From Phycisphaerales bacterium (GTDB lineage Bacteria > Planctomycetota > Phycisphaerae > Phycisphaerales > UBA1924): a DNA stretch of 64,000 nucleotides. The stretch lies in assembly GCA_965227775.1 (NCBI GenBank), contig OZ245777.1, forward strand, positions 3,008,001 to 3,072,000. Direction: 5' to 3'. Positions 29,085 to 38,763 of this stretch are shown piece by piece (positions within the stretch are counted from its first letter, which is position 1; each line of letters begins with the position of its first letter). The notes beneath the pieces are model-generated. The model was not told the origin of the DNA. It ran no database searches and saw nothing but the letters and a program-made list of their open reading frames with translations. A program made the position numbers and the translations under genes.

Positions 29085-30023
29085 ATGATCTCGCTGCATC
29101 TCCGATCGGCCAGCCTAACCGTGCTCATGAGCCTTCTGGCACTACCCTCGATCGCCCAGGAGACGGTGCCGGCCGAACAAAGGCCCGAGCTTCCCGAGGC
29201 CATACGTGAGTTACTGCTGGGCGTGAGCGAGCCCGGCGCAACCGGAATGGGCGTGCTCGCAGTCGAAGGGGCGATCCTGCCCGAGCGGCCGGGACTGCTC
29301 CGCAGGACGCCCTTTGGTGAGTGGGCGTTCGTGTTCATGGGCGACGACGGACAGCCCAAGGCCATGGTGCTGCTGCCCTGCCGGCAGCTCGAACGCATGA
29401 TCGAGTCGGTTGACTCCGCGTCAGCGCCGGCCGTCCGCGTCACGGGCGTGCTGACCGTCTATGACAGGGTCAATTACCTGCTGCCGACAAACTACGCGAT
29501 CATCACCGCACCGACGATCGCGACGCAGGAGTTTGAGCGGGCCGCGGACGAGGATGATGCCTCCGGCGTCGATCCGCTCAGTCGCATCGACCCGCAGCTC
29601 CGGGCCATCGCGGAGGAGCTGGAGACAGGCCGTCGGCGGGCACGCTCGCTCGAGGCGCCATCGGTCTCACCACCCGCCACGCAGGACTCGTCCGCTGAGC
29701 GACCGGGCGAGAGCCAGGAATTGATCGAGCAAGAAGGCTTCCAAGAGGGCGACCGGCTCCTCCGCCGGCGCGTCAGGCTCGAGCGGCAGCGCGGCCTCTG
29801 GACGCTCGCGTTCGATCAGGACGCGGATGTTCCCACCGCAGACGTGCCCTTGCTCGTGCTACCCAACGCTTCGCTGAGAGCCATGGAGCGAGCCGTCGAT
29901 CGATACGGAGACCGCGTGACGTTTGAGGTCAGCGGCATGATCTACCGCTACGGTCGACAGCCGTACGTGCTGATCTCGATGCACTTCGTCCAACCGCTCG
30001 AGGGGCTTACGCCTCGCGGCTAG
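29085..30023 (+). CDS. Secreted hypothetical protein with internally duplicated domain
   Basis: Signal peptide ..SIAQ; two copies: W.FVF..VLLPCRQLERM..VTGVLTVYDRVNYLL and W.LAF..VLPNASLRAM..VSGMIYRYGRQPYVL. Confidence 0.7.
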   Translation: MISLHLRSASLTVLMSLLALPSIAQETVPAEQRPELPEAIRELLLGVSEPGATGMGVLAVEGAILPERPGLLRRTPFGEWAFVFMGDDGQPKAMVLLPCRQLERMIESVDSASAPAVRVTGVLTVYDRVNYLLPTNYAIITAPTIATQEFERAADEDDASGVDPLSRIDPQLRAIAEELETGRRRARSLEAPSVSPPATQDSSAERPGESQELIEQEGFQEGDRLLRRRVRLERQRGLWTLAFDQDADVPTADVPLLVLPNASLRAMERAVDRYGDRVTFEVSGMIYRYGRQPYVLISMHFVQPLEGLTPRG

Positions 30024-30024
30024 C

Positions 30025-31857
30025 TCACGAGCCCGGATCTGGTTCGGCCGGCTCGGCCTGGTTCGCTTCTTCAGTGGAATCCACCGGCGATTCAATCGGC
30101 GCAGTCTGGTCTGGTTCGGGCTTGGGCTCGGGCAGGTCCAGCAAGAACTTGACGCGTGCGAAGTCTCTGTCGCCGGCAGCACCATCGGCAAATTGCTCTC
30201 TCGCAGGCGTGCCAAGTATCGCACGGATCGCAATGGGATGGCCGGAGAGCATCTGGGCAGCAGCCAATCGCTCGGACATCGGCAACACACGGGCCAACGA
30301 CGAAGTGATCGGAAGCGGGTCGCTTGCCTGGGCGTTTAATGGCAATCGCGATTCGAGCCTTGCGACACGCCTGAGCGGGGCGGCCCAGGGCTTGTGGGTC
30401 GCGACCGCATCGGCCGCCCGCATCAAGAGCTGAGGGTCAGTCTCGGCGGCAAGCAGAAGGTCGTCGACGAATTGTGCGCGCGACGAGAGGGCGTCTGCCG
30501 CCGCCCGGCGTATCTCAGGACGGGCTTCAAAGAGCATCGAACGCACCAGATCCAACCCAGACTCTCCGCCGAGGCGAGCGATCAGCTGCACGCTCGCGGG
30601 CGTGAGCGAAGCCGTTTGCTGCGGATCGACCTGGGCGAGCATGCGGCTCCGCTGCGCCTCGGTGGGCACGAATCCCGTGTCGAGCAGACTCAGTAAGGCG
30701 CGCATGGCTGCGACGCGTGTTGGCTCGCCATGCTCGAGCCAGCGGAGCACCGCATCAATGGCAGTCGCATCGGGAGAGCGCCGGAACGCACGAAGCATGA
30801 CGGCAGCAACATCAGGATCCTGCTCGCGTCGCAATGCGACGCTGAGTCGCGCAGCAGAGCCCTCGGGCACGATGCGGTCGACCAGAACGGCCGCCGCCTG
30901 ACGGATACTCGCCTGCGAATCGTCGAGCAATCCAACCACAGCCGAGGCAACTTCGCTCGAAGGCTGCACCCCCCGTTCCAATTCTCGTAGCAAGATCTCG
31001 GTCGCCGCCAATCGGATTGCCGGCTCTGCGTCTTTGAGCATCCGCGCGAGTGTTGTCGGCCGATCATCTCCGGGAAGGGCCGCGTACAGGCGCCGGGTGG
31101 TCTCGACCAAGGAGCGCAGTAGGTCTCGCTCGCGTTGATCGAGCTGCTGGCTTCGCTCGCGCAGCCCACGTGCGAGGAGCGCTCGCCACTCAATCGGCGG
31201 CAGGTGCCGGTGGCGAGTTAGCCACTGACTCCAAGCTTCGGGCGATTCGCCCAGGTCGACACGCCCGGTCATAGCCACCAACGCGGCGACGATGGACGCC
31301 CGCTGACTCGGGAGCGCAGACTCGAGCCATGAAACCAGTACTTCGGCGGCGGCGGCGTCGTTGGACTTCGACAGGATAGAGACGCACGAGGTACGTGCGT
31401 CATTGGATATGGTGTCAAGCGAACGGATGCTGGTGCCGTTACCCTGACGGGTGACACGCATCGCGCGCACAATCGCGGCGGCGATCGCTTCGCTCTCGTC
31501 CTGGTTGGCGGCGACATGGCCAATCAGCCTGAGCGACGCCGCCGGCTCTTCCGCGAGCCATACTTCTGGCACCGCCAACGACGCATCGGTTGCAAAACGC
31601 TGTATGAGGCCCCGCGCGACCTGGCGGCGAGACTCCTCTCCCTCGGCAGCTGACAGCGCCCCAGCAACATCGAAGGTAACCTCTGTCGCCGGTGGATCGG
31701 CTGGTGGGGATGGATCTTCAGACTGCGGCGTGCTTGCGTTGGAAACACCCGATGCGAGGACGACCAACGCCAACCCCCACCGCCAGAGCGGGATGGCTGG
31801 GTTCTTGGACATCGACTTCGCTCGCATCATGACAGCATATGCCCTGGCTTCGTTCAT
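30025..31857 (-). CDS. HEAT-repeat protein, probably exported (start may be 31812)
   Basis: Repeats LKDAEPAIRLAA, LDDSQASIRQAA, ARPEIRRAAADAL; signal-like WGLALVVLASGVSNA. Confidence 0.72.
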   Translation of the reverse strand: MNEARAYAVMMRAKSMSKNPAIPLWRWGLALVVLASGVSNASTPQSEDPSPPADPPATEVTFDVAGALSAAEGEESRRQVARGLIQRFATDASLAVPEVWLAEEPAASLRLIGHVAANQDESEAIAAAIVRAMRVTRQGNGTSIRSLDTISNDARTSCVSILSKSNDAAAAEVLVSWLESALPSQRASIVAALVAMTGRVDLGESPEAWSQWLTRHRHLPPIEWRALLARGLRERSQQLDQRERDLLRSLVETTRRLYAALPGDDRPTTLARMLKDAEPAIRLAATEILLRELERGVQPSSEVASAVVGLLDDSQASIRQAAAVLVDRIVPEGSAARLSVALRREQDPDVAAVMLRAFRRSPDATAIDAVLRWLEHGEPTRVAAMRALLSLLDTGFVPTEAQRSRMLAQVDPQQTASLTPASVQLIARLGGESGLDLVRSMLFEARPEIRRAAADALSSRAQFVDDLLLAAETDPQLLMRAADAVATHKPWAAPLRRVARLESRLPLNAQASDPLPITSSLARVLPMSERLAAAQMLSGHPIAIRAILGTPAREQFADGAAGDRDFARVKFLLDLPEPKPEPDQTAPIESPVDSTEEANQAEPAEPDPGS

Positions 31858-31983
31858 TAGACGCCCGGGATCAGCGCGTACGACGATCTTCCCGATATTG
31901 CGTCTCGAACATCGGACGAGCGCAACGCGCTGAGGCCCTTCCTCGACTCGATACGCCCACGAACTACCTATAGATCGGCCCGA

Positions 31984-32958
31984 TCAGGCTGTCTGCTGCC
32001 CATCATCCGACGTCTCGCGGCGGATGGCCGCCCGGGCGTCGATGGCGCGGTGGATGGCTTCGGCCTGGGGTGTTGGGTCCCAGCAACTCGCCCGGTCCTC
32101 GCGATCGACCACCTCTCGCAGCGTGAGCACCGTCTGGGTGAGGGCCGACCAGAGGACGCCGAGATAAACGAACAGCCCGATCGTGCTGGGAAGCCAGACG
32201 AGCACGGGCGGCTCTTCGAACCCGGCAACCGCCGCCAGTGTCGATCCAGAAAGCAAGAGCAGCGCCACGAACGCCACGACGCCGGCGATAGTTGTGCTGA
32301 GCAGCAGAAGGGCAATCGATAACCCGGGCCGCGCGATCAGATGGGCCGCCGCACGCTGGATCGCGTCGGGCGCATCGGCGTCGTTGGTGGCGATCGCAGG
32401 AGTCGCGAGCATCAACAGCAGCGTCGCCAGGATGGCAGCGAGCATGCAGGCCATCACGACCAGCGAAGCCAGCGTGGCGCCGAACGCGTTGTCGATCCAC
32501 CCTCCAACGGCCACGCCCAGCCACGCCGCAAGCATGGCTCCGCACAGCGTGGCAACGTACGTCGACACGCACAGGCCCGCGCTGGCCAGCATGGGCGGCA
32601 GCGCGCCCCACACCTCGGCTCGGGTCGGCCGAGCCGCGATCGCACGGGCCGCCACTACGCCGCACACGCAGGCGACAAGCACGATCCAGAGCAAACGCGC
32701 CCACGCCCAGACCGTACCGCCAAAGCCCACGTCGCCCATCCAGGGCAGCAACGACTCCAGCCGCAAGGGCAACACCCAGGAGGCAGACAGCGCTGCGATA
32801 CCGGCCAGCGCGAGCGTCACCGGGTGCAACGCCAGCCCGCCCGCGCGGAACACGAAGGCCGTCGATTCGGCCAGCTCCGTCCACGAGCCCGGCTCGGCGA
32901 TCGACCACGGATGGGCCGAGCGGTCGCTCTGGTCGAATTCGGGCGGCGTTGTTCGCAT
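31984..32958 (-). CDS. Polytopic membrane protein, unknown function
   Basis: About 7 hydrophobic segments; PAIA..DADAPDAIQRAAAH and LREVVDRED motifs. Confidence 0.65.
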   Translation of the reverse strand: MRTTPPEFDQSDRSAHPWSIAEPGSWTELAESTAFVFRAGGLALHPVTLALAGIAALSASWVLPLRLESLLPWMGDVGFGGTVWAWARLLWIVLVACVCGVVAARAIAARPTRAEVWGALPPMLASAGLCVSTYVATLCGAMLAAWLGVAVGGWIDNAFGATLASLVVMACMLAAILATLLLMLATPAIATNDADAPDAIQRAAAHLIARPGLSIALLLLSTTIAGVVAFVALLLLSGSTLAAVAGFEEPPVLVWLPSTIGLFVYLGVLWSALTQTVLTLREVVDREDRASCWDPTPQAEAIHRAIDARAAIRRETSDDGQQTA

Positions 32959-33107
32959 CGTGGGTGGACTCCCCCGTGTTCCTGTGGATGCTCCGATCCT
33001 TGGCCGCTCGAGGGTCGATGTGGCCCAGAAACCGGCAACAATCCTTCATCGGACCGGGTTCTCCCGTTGCCACTCGGGCAACTAGGGGAGAACACGCCGG
33101 AGCACGC

Positions 33108-33959
33108 ATGATCGACGCGACGATCCGTTGGAGCTTGTACATTGTGGCACTGGTCGTCATCGGTCCCATCGCCGGGCTGCTGATGGGCATGTCCGACGCA
33201 CCCGATGGTTCGGCCGGCACGGCCCTGGCCTCGGCCAGCCCGGTTGTGGGCGTCATCTCGCTTATGCTGGGTTCGATCCTCGCGGCCATCATCGGCGGTG
33301 TGGCGGCGTGGCGATGCGGGCTGCGGCCCGGCCTGACCTGCGCCGGCATCGTCTTGGCCTGGATGGCGGGCATGTCGGCCGGCATCGTGTCCACGATCTC
33401 CGCTTTTGGAGATGGCCCGTGGGGGCTGCTCGTGATGGAGGGCGTCATGGTGGCGCTCTGCCTCATCGGGATCGGCATCGTCACCACCCTTGCGGCCCAG
33501 CGGCATACGGAACAGCCGGGCGAGCACATCACGCCCCAGTCCATCGAAGCCATGGAGACCGAGAAGACGCTCACGCTCACGCCGCGCTCGGCGGGCGCCA
33601 TCGCCATCGCGGCGGCGGGTGGCGCGGCGGCGGCGTGGTTCCTCGCCGTGACGGACATCAAGGGCCAAGTGATCGCAGCGGCAGCCATCGCCGCCATCGT
33701 CATCGCGGTTGTGGCCAAGCTGGTCGACCTGAAGACGCCGGCCATCGGCGCCATCGCCGCCGCGGCACTGCTGGCCATCGTCGCGCCCGCGTATGCCTTC
33801 GCCACCGTGGCGACCGACTCGGCGCTGGCGTCGGCTTACGCCCAGACGCTGCCGGGCATCGTCCGCGTCACGCCGCTCGATTGGGCGGCCGGCGCGCTGC
33901 TTGGAACACCCATCGGCCTCGCCTGGGCCGCTTCGATCGTGAAGCGGGCCGAGGGCTGA
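33108..33959 (+). CDS. Polytopic membrane protein, unknown function
   Basis: GGAG RBS before ATG33108; about 8 TM segments in two halves; PLDWAAGALLGTPIGLAWA; strong GC3 bias. Confidence 0.7.
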   Translation: MIDATIRWSLYIVALVVIGPIAGLLMGMSDAPDGSAGTALASASPVVGVISLMLGSILAAIIGGVAAWRCGLRPGLTCAGIVLAWMAGMSAGIVSTISAFGDGPWGLLVMEGVMVALCLIGIGIVTTLAAQRHTEQPGEHITPQSIEAMETEKTLTLTPRSAGAIAIAAAGGAAAAWFLAVTDIKGQVIAAAAIAAIVIAVVAKLVDLKTPAIGAIAAAALLAIVAPAYAFATVATDSALASAYAQTLPGIVRVTPLDWAAGALLGTPIGLAWAASIVKRAEG

Positions 33960-34022
33960 GGCCGTCACCAGTGCCGGAACAGAAAGCCGGAACCTGACGC
34001 CGGAAGAGGATTGATCTTGAGC

Positions 34023-34823
34023 ATGACCCAGAACCCCACCAACGCCTCCATGCCCGACATGCAGTCGAGCGCCGATCCACGCGAGATCGCCATCGACCGC
34101 GTGGGCGTGCGGAAGGTGGTCTACCCCATCCGCCTGCGCACGCGGGCCGGCGGCGAGCAGGGCTCGATCGCCGACATCTCGATGTACGTTGCCCTGCCGC
34201 ACACGCAGAAGGGCACGCACATGAGCCGCTTCATCGAGGTGCTCGAAAGCCATGCGTGCGAGCCAATCACGCCCGAGGAGTTCCCCGGCATCGCCCGGGC
34301 CATCCGCGACCGCCTGAACGCCAAGGAGGCCCACATCGAGGCCAGCTTCGTCTACTTCGTCAAGAAGAAGGCGCCCGTCACCGGCATCGAGAGCCTGATG
34401 GACTACAAGGTGACCTTCTCCTGCACGGCCAATGGCGACGACGACTTCATCATGACCGTCGCCGCCCCCGCGACGAGCCTGTGCCCGTGCAGCAAGGAGA
34501 TCTCCGAGTACGGCGCCCACAACCAACGCTGCGAGATTACCGCCTCGGTGCGCTTCACCGGCGAGATGTGGATCGAGGACCTCGTCGAGATCTGCGAGGG
34601 CGCCAGCTCGCTGGAGGTGTTCGCCCTGCTCAAGCGGCCCGACGAGAAGTACGTGACCGAGCACGCCTACGACAACCCGAAGTTCGTCGAGGACATCATC
34701 CGCGACCTGGCGATCGCGCTGGACAAGGACGACCGCGTGCGGTGGTACGCCATCAGCAGCGAGAATTTTGAGAGCATCCACAGCCACAACGCGTACGCGG
34801 AGCTCGAGCGCTCGAAGTCGTAA
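34023..34823 (+). CDS. folE2: GTP cyclohydrolase IB (FolE2)
   Basis: IDRVGV, KGTHMSRF, TSLCPCSKEISEYGAHNQR, LLKRPDEKYVTE..NPKFVED, ESIHSHNAYA. Confidence 0.96.
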   Translation: MTQNPTNASMPDMQSSADPREIAIDRVGVRKVVYPIRLRTRAGGEQGSIADISMYVALPHTQKGTHMSRFIEVLESHACEPITPEEFPGIARAIRDRLNAKEAHIEASFVYFVKKKAPVTGIESLMDYKVTFSCTANGDDDFIMTVAAPATSLCPCSKEISEYGAHNQRCEITASVRFTGEMWIEDLVEICEGASSLEVFALLKRPDEKYVTEHAYDNPKFVEDIIRDLAIALDKDDRVRWYAISSENFESIHSHNAYAELERSKS

Positions 34824-34850
34824 ATCCCAACAAGATTTAGGTTGGCCGAT

Positions 34851-34884
34851 AAGAAAACCGCGTGCATCGGCACGCGGTCTCTCT
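34851..34884. terminator. Likely bidirectional terminator between folE2 and rplQ
   Basis: ACCGCGTGC-atcg-GCACGCGGT stem flanked by AAGAAA and CTCTCT between convergent genes. Confidence 0.65.
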
Positions 34885-34904
34885 CGTTCAAAAAGATTCA
34901 GTTC

Positions 34905-35594
34905 TCAGGACTCTGACGTTTCGCCCAAATCCTCAGAAGCTTCCGGCTCGACCGTGGCGGCTGCAGCCTCGACCTTCTTCTCACCACCACGGTCCTTGCG
35001 GAGCTTGGCGTTGAAAGCGCTGCGCTTGTCGGCCTGACGGCGGCGGCGGCTGGGGTTGCCGCCGATCTCCGGGCCCTCCTCGGCGCCAACAAACTGGATC
35101 ACGCACATCTCGGTAGCGTCGCCCAGCCGGTGGTACCCGATGCGGACGATGCGGGTATAGCCGCCCTGGCGGTCCTCGAAGCGCGGGGCGACGTTCTCGA
35201 AGATGTGGCGGACGAGCCTCGGGGCCTTGCGCAGCTCGCCGTAGCGGTTGCGCTCGACCTGGTCCTCGCCGGGGATGTCGAAGAACTTCTCGGTGCGCTC
35301 GCGCTGGTCGGCGATGCGCTGCTTGAAGGCCTCGTCGGCGCCCTTGGGCACGTACATCCAGTCGAAGGCCTTGCGGTCGCGGCCGAGCATGGCGATGACC
35401 TGTCGGCGGCTGTGGAGATCACCCTTCTTGGCCTTGGTGATGATCTTCTCGACGAAGGGCTGGAGCGCCTTGGCTTTGGGCACGCTCGTAACGATCTGGC
35501 CGTGCTCGAAGAGCGAGGCCGCCATGTTGCGCAGCATCGCCTCGCGGTGCGTGCGGGTGCGGCCGAGCTTGAAGCCTGCTTTGCGGTGACGCAT
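34905..35594 (-). CDS. rplQ: 50S ribosomal protein L17 (with internal insertion and C-terminal extension)
   Basis: MRHRKAGFKLGR..HREAMLRNMAASLF, GGYTRI, RLGDA. Confidence 0.95.
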   Translation of the reverse strand: MRHRKAGFKLGRTRTHREAMLRNMAASLFEHGQIVTSVPKAKALQPFVEKIITKAKKGDLHSRRQVIAMLGRDRKAFDWMYVPKGADEAFKQRIADQRERTEKFFDIPGEDQVERNRYGELRKAPRLVRHIFENVAPRFEDRQGGYTRIVRIGYHRLGDATEMCVIQFVGAEEGPEIGGNPSRRRRQADKRSAFNAKLRKDRGGEKKVEAAAATVEPEASEDLGETSES

Positions 35595-35668
35595 GACGGG
35601 AATCCTTCAAAAAACCAAACGGGCCCGGACGCGTCGTCTCGACGGGCCGGGCCTTGATGATAGCACGC

Positions 35669-36685
35669 CTACAGCTGGACGACCTCGGGCTGGTAGCCCT
35701 CTGGCAGGTCCATGCCGAGCTCCAGGCCCATCTCGGTGAGCTTCTTCTTGACCTCGCGGAGGCTCGTGCGGCCGAAGCTGCGGAGCTTGAGCAGCTCGCT
35801 CTCGGTCTGCATGATGACCTGGCCCACCGTGTAGAGCTTGGCGCTCTCCAGGCAGTTGCTGGCCCGGACGCTCAACTCGAGCTCACTAATGGGCTGGTTG
35901 AGCTTGCGGATGAGCCCCTCGTCGACGCCGGCGGCCGCGGCGGCCTCCTCGCTGACGCGCTCCTGGCCCAGCTCGAAGTACTGGACGAACGGGTTCAGGT
36001 GCTTGCGGAGGATCTTGCCGGCCTCGACCAGCGCCATCTCGGGCGTGATCGTGCCGTCGGTCCAGATGTCCATACTCAGCTTGTCGTAGTTGGTGCGCTG
36101 GCCGACGCGGGTGTCCTCGACGTGATAGCGCACGCGGTGCACGGGGCTGAAGATCGAGTCGACGGCGATGAGGCCGATGTCCTGCTCGTCGCGGCGGCTC
36201 AGGTGCTCCTGGGCGGGCACGTAGCCGCGGCCCTTGGCAACGTGCAGCTCCATCTCGAAGTCGATCTCGCTCGTGAGCGTGCACAGCACGAGATCCTTGT
36301 TGACGATGTTGACGTTGGTGTCGGCCTCGATCAGGTCGGCGGTGACCTCACCGGGACCCTGCGCGGCAAGGTGCATCACGCGGGGCTCGTCGCCCTCGAG
36401 CTTTAGCACCAGGTTCTTGATGTTCAGCACGATGTCGGTGACGTCCTCGAGCACGCCGGGCAGCGTCTCGAACTCGTGGCTGGCGCCCTTGATCTTGACG
36501 GCCGTGACGGCGGCGCCCTCGATCGAGCTCAGCAGGATGCGCCGCAGGCTGTTGCCGATGGTCGTGCCGAAGCCGCGCTCAAATGGCTCGACAGTGAACC
36601 GGCCGAAGGTGGAGTTGTTGAACTTGGGATCCGACACCACATGGGTGGGCAATTCGAGACCACGCCAGCGAACACGCATGGGCAT
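35669..36685 (-). CDS. rpoA: RNA polymerase alpha subunit
   Basis: EPFERGFGTTIGNSLRRILLSSIEG, GVLEDVTDIVLN, ELELSVRASNCL, FGRTSLREV. Confidence 0.98.
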   Translation of the reverse strand: MPMRVRWRGLELPTHVVSDPKFNNSTFGRFTVEPFERGFGTTIGNSLRRILLSSIEGAAVTAVKIKGASHEFETLPGVLEDVTDIVLNIKNLVLKLEGDEPRVMHLAAQGPGEVTADLIEADTNVNIVNKDLVLCTLTSEIDFEMELHVAKGRGYVPAQEHLSRRDEQDIGLIAVDSIFSPVHRVRYHVEDTRVGQRTNYDKLSMDIWTDGTITPEMALVEAGKILRKHLNPFVQYFELGQERVSEEAAAAAGVDEGLIRKLNQPISELELSVRASNCLESAKLYTVGQVIMQTESELLKLRSFGRTSLREVKKKLTEMGLELGMDLPEGYQPEVVQL

Positions 36686-36871
36686 ACCTCTTTCTGCTCG
36701 AGCGAGCACGGTCGGCGGGTGGCGAATCAGGCCTGCGCTCGCTCGGCTCTCGGATCCGCCCGCCGCCACCGACCTCGCTGGCGGGCGTTCCTGCTGTCCG
36801 GGTGCGCTTCGTTTCAGACAAGCCGGACCGGGGCTTGTGAGCCACGGGCCGGGACGATCAATGCGTGCAAA

Positions 36872-37249
36872 TCAGACGCGGCGCTTCTTCGGCGGGCGGC
36901 AGCCGTTGTGGGGCACCGGGGTGTGATCCTCGATGGCAGTCACGCGAATGCCGGTCGAGACCACGCCGTTGACGGCTGCCTCGCGACCACCGCCGGTGCC
37001 GCGGATGCGGACTTCGGCCTCGCTCATGCCCATCTTGCGGACCTTCTGCCCCACGCTCTCGCCCGCGCGGGTCGCCGCGAACGGCGTTGCCTTGCGAGCG
37101 CCCTTAAAGCCGATGGTGCCAGCCGAATCCCAGGCGAGCGTCTCGCCGTTGGTATCGGTGATGGTGATCATCGTGTTGTTGCTCGTCGCCTTGACGTGGA
37201 TAATGCCACGGACGACGTTCTTGCGGACCTTCTTGGTCTTCTTCGCCAT
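36872..37249 (-). CDS. rpsK: 30S ribosomal protein S11
   Basis: NNTMITITD, GFKGARKATPFAA, TPVPHNGCRPPKKRRV. Confidence 0.98.
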   Translation of the reverse strand: MAKKTKKVRKNVVRGIIHVKATSNNTMITITDTNGETLAWDSAGTIGFKGARKATPFAATRAGESVGQKVRKMGMSEAEVRIRGTGGGREAAVNGVVSTGIRVTAIEDHTPVPHNGCRPPKKRRV

Positions 37250-37348
37250 TCAGTTCGCTCCAATCGCTTCCACTTTGGGTTCCCGGTTCTCAGACTTAGA
37301 GAAACAAGGCTGGAAGCTAGCGATGTGTGTAATGCCCAAGCGGGCGAT

Positions 37349-37726
37349 TTACCCCTTGACGCCCTTCTTGCCGGCCACGGTCTTCTTGCGGCCCTTCCGG
37401 GTGCGGGCGTTGCAACGCGTACGCTGGCCGTGCACGGGCAGACCACGACGATGACGCTCGCCGCGGTACGCACGCGTGTCCTTCAGCCGCTGGATGTTCT
37501 GGCCGACCTGGCGGCGCAGGGCACCCTCGACCAGGTAGTTGTTGTCGATGATCGCACCGATCTGGGCGACCTCCTGCTCGGTCAGGTCGTTCGCGCGGCG
37601 GTTCGGGTCGATCTGCGCCTCGGTCAGGATGTCCGCGGCGTACTTCGGACCGATGCCATGCACGTACTGCAGGGCGTAGTAGATCTTCTTGCGGTCTGGA
37701 ATGTCAATACCTGCGATACGCGGCAC
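37349..37726 (-). CDS. rpsM: 30S ribosomal protein S13
   Basis: [35 protein letters not shown]. Confidence 0.98.
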   Translation of the reverse strand: MPRIAGIDIPDRKKIYYALQYVHGIGPKYAADILTEAQIDPNRRANDLTEQEVAQIGAIIDNNYLVEGALRRQVGQNIQRLKDTRAYRGERHRRGLPVHGQRTRCNARTRKGRKKTVAGKKGVKG

Positions 37727-37764
37727 GCGTGTACTCCCTGGCCCTGGGCCAGCTCAGACGTTGC

Positions 37765-37881
37765 TCAGCCCTGGCGCTGCTTGAAGCGGGGGTTCTTCTT
37801 GTTGATGATGTAGACCCGGCCGCGACGGCGCACGATCTGGCAGTCCTTCGACCGCCGCTTGACACTTGCTTTCACCTTCAT
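37765..37881 (-). CDS. rpmJ: 50S ribosomal protein L36, zinc-ligand-lacking form (not in ORF track)
   Basis: Manual translation [38 protein letters not shown]. Confidence 0.95.
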   Translation of the reverse strand: MKVKASVKRRSKDCQIVRRRGRVYIINKKNPRFKQRQG

Positions 37882-37980
37882 CGGGCACCTCGCACTGACA
37901 TTGGCCTACCAAGGGCCGACAACGATACCTTCACGCACCCGACACGGCCCGGTGCGAAGGGGATTGTACCCCGCTAGGGC

Positions 37981-38763
37981 CTAAGAGTCATCAGATTTCG
38001 GTCCGCCGAGCACGCGAAAGCCGTCTTCAAGCACCGCGATCATGGCCTCTCGAGCTGCCGCGGGGGCCCCGTCGGCGGCGCGGATAGCCCAACCATCTTC
38101 CGAGTCGACGGTCTCGCCCGAGCCGGTGGTGATGGCCGGCTCAAGGGTGATGACCATTCCAGGGCGGAAGAAGACGGGCGGGTCGGCGCGCCCGGGAACC
38201 AGCGGCAGCACCGGCAGCTCGTGGGGTGCGAGGCCGATGCCGTGGCCCGCGAGGCCACGGACAAGGCGGACGTCGTGAGCTACTGCGACCTTGGCCATTG
38301 CGGCGGCGACATCTGCCCAAGTGATACTGGGTTCGATGACACTCAGCCCCGCGCGCCAGACTGCATCAAGGGCGTCGAGCAGCGGGTACTCCCCACTACT
38401 GACAACGACCGAGTCGGCAACGTCAGCGTGCCAGCCATCGAGTGCAAGCATGAGATCGATGGTGATGAGTTGGCCCTCGCGGAGCGGTTGTTTGCCCGGA
38501 CGGGCGTGCGCGACGGTGTCGTCGATACTGATCGAGCAGGCATAGCCGAAGCCGTCGATGTCGATCATCACCGGTTGCGCCCCCATCGCCCCGAGTCGCG
38601 ACCGGCACATGGCCTCGAGATCGAGCGGGGACACGCCGGGCTTGGCGCGCTGAAGCAACGCATCAAGAACCGATCGCGCATGACAAGCCGCGCCCGAGAG
38701 CGCGGCCATGTCGGCTTCGTTGTACAGCTGCGGTCCGCGAAACTTGGAACCGGTCTTGATCAC
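37981..38763 (-). CDS. map: Methionine aminopeptidase type I (divergent)
   Basis: VAHARP, TIDL..DGWHADV, GHGIG..PHE, TLEP, DGW, AREA; position after secY with GTGA overlap. Confidence 0.82.
   Translation of the reverse strand: MIKTGSKFRGPQLYNEADMAALSGAACHARSVLDALLQRAKPGVSPLDLEAMCRSRLGAMGAQPVMIDIDGFGYACSISIDDTVAHARPGKQPLREGQLITIDLMLALDGWHADVADSVVVSSGEYPLLDALDAVWRAGLSVIEPSITWADVAAAMAKVAVAHDVRLVRGLAGHGIGLAPHELPVLPLVPGRADPPVFFRPGMVITLEPAITTGSGETVDSEDGWAIRAADGAPAAAREAMIAVLEDGFRVLGGPKSDDS

Noticed and set aside
32003..34787. Long minus-strand ORFs 32003-33805 and 32817-34787
   Set aside because: Shadows of folE2 and the membrane protein genes; low-complexity translations.
36686..36769. N-terminal extensions of rpoA (similarly hflX, murQ, ruvB, rpsJ, rpmC) in the ORF track
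   Set aside because: Artefacts of longest-ORF calling; downstream starts fit family N-termini, RBSs or stop/start overlaps, unlike the rplV extension.
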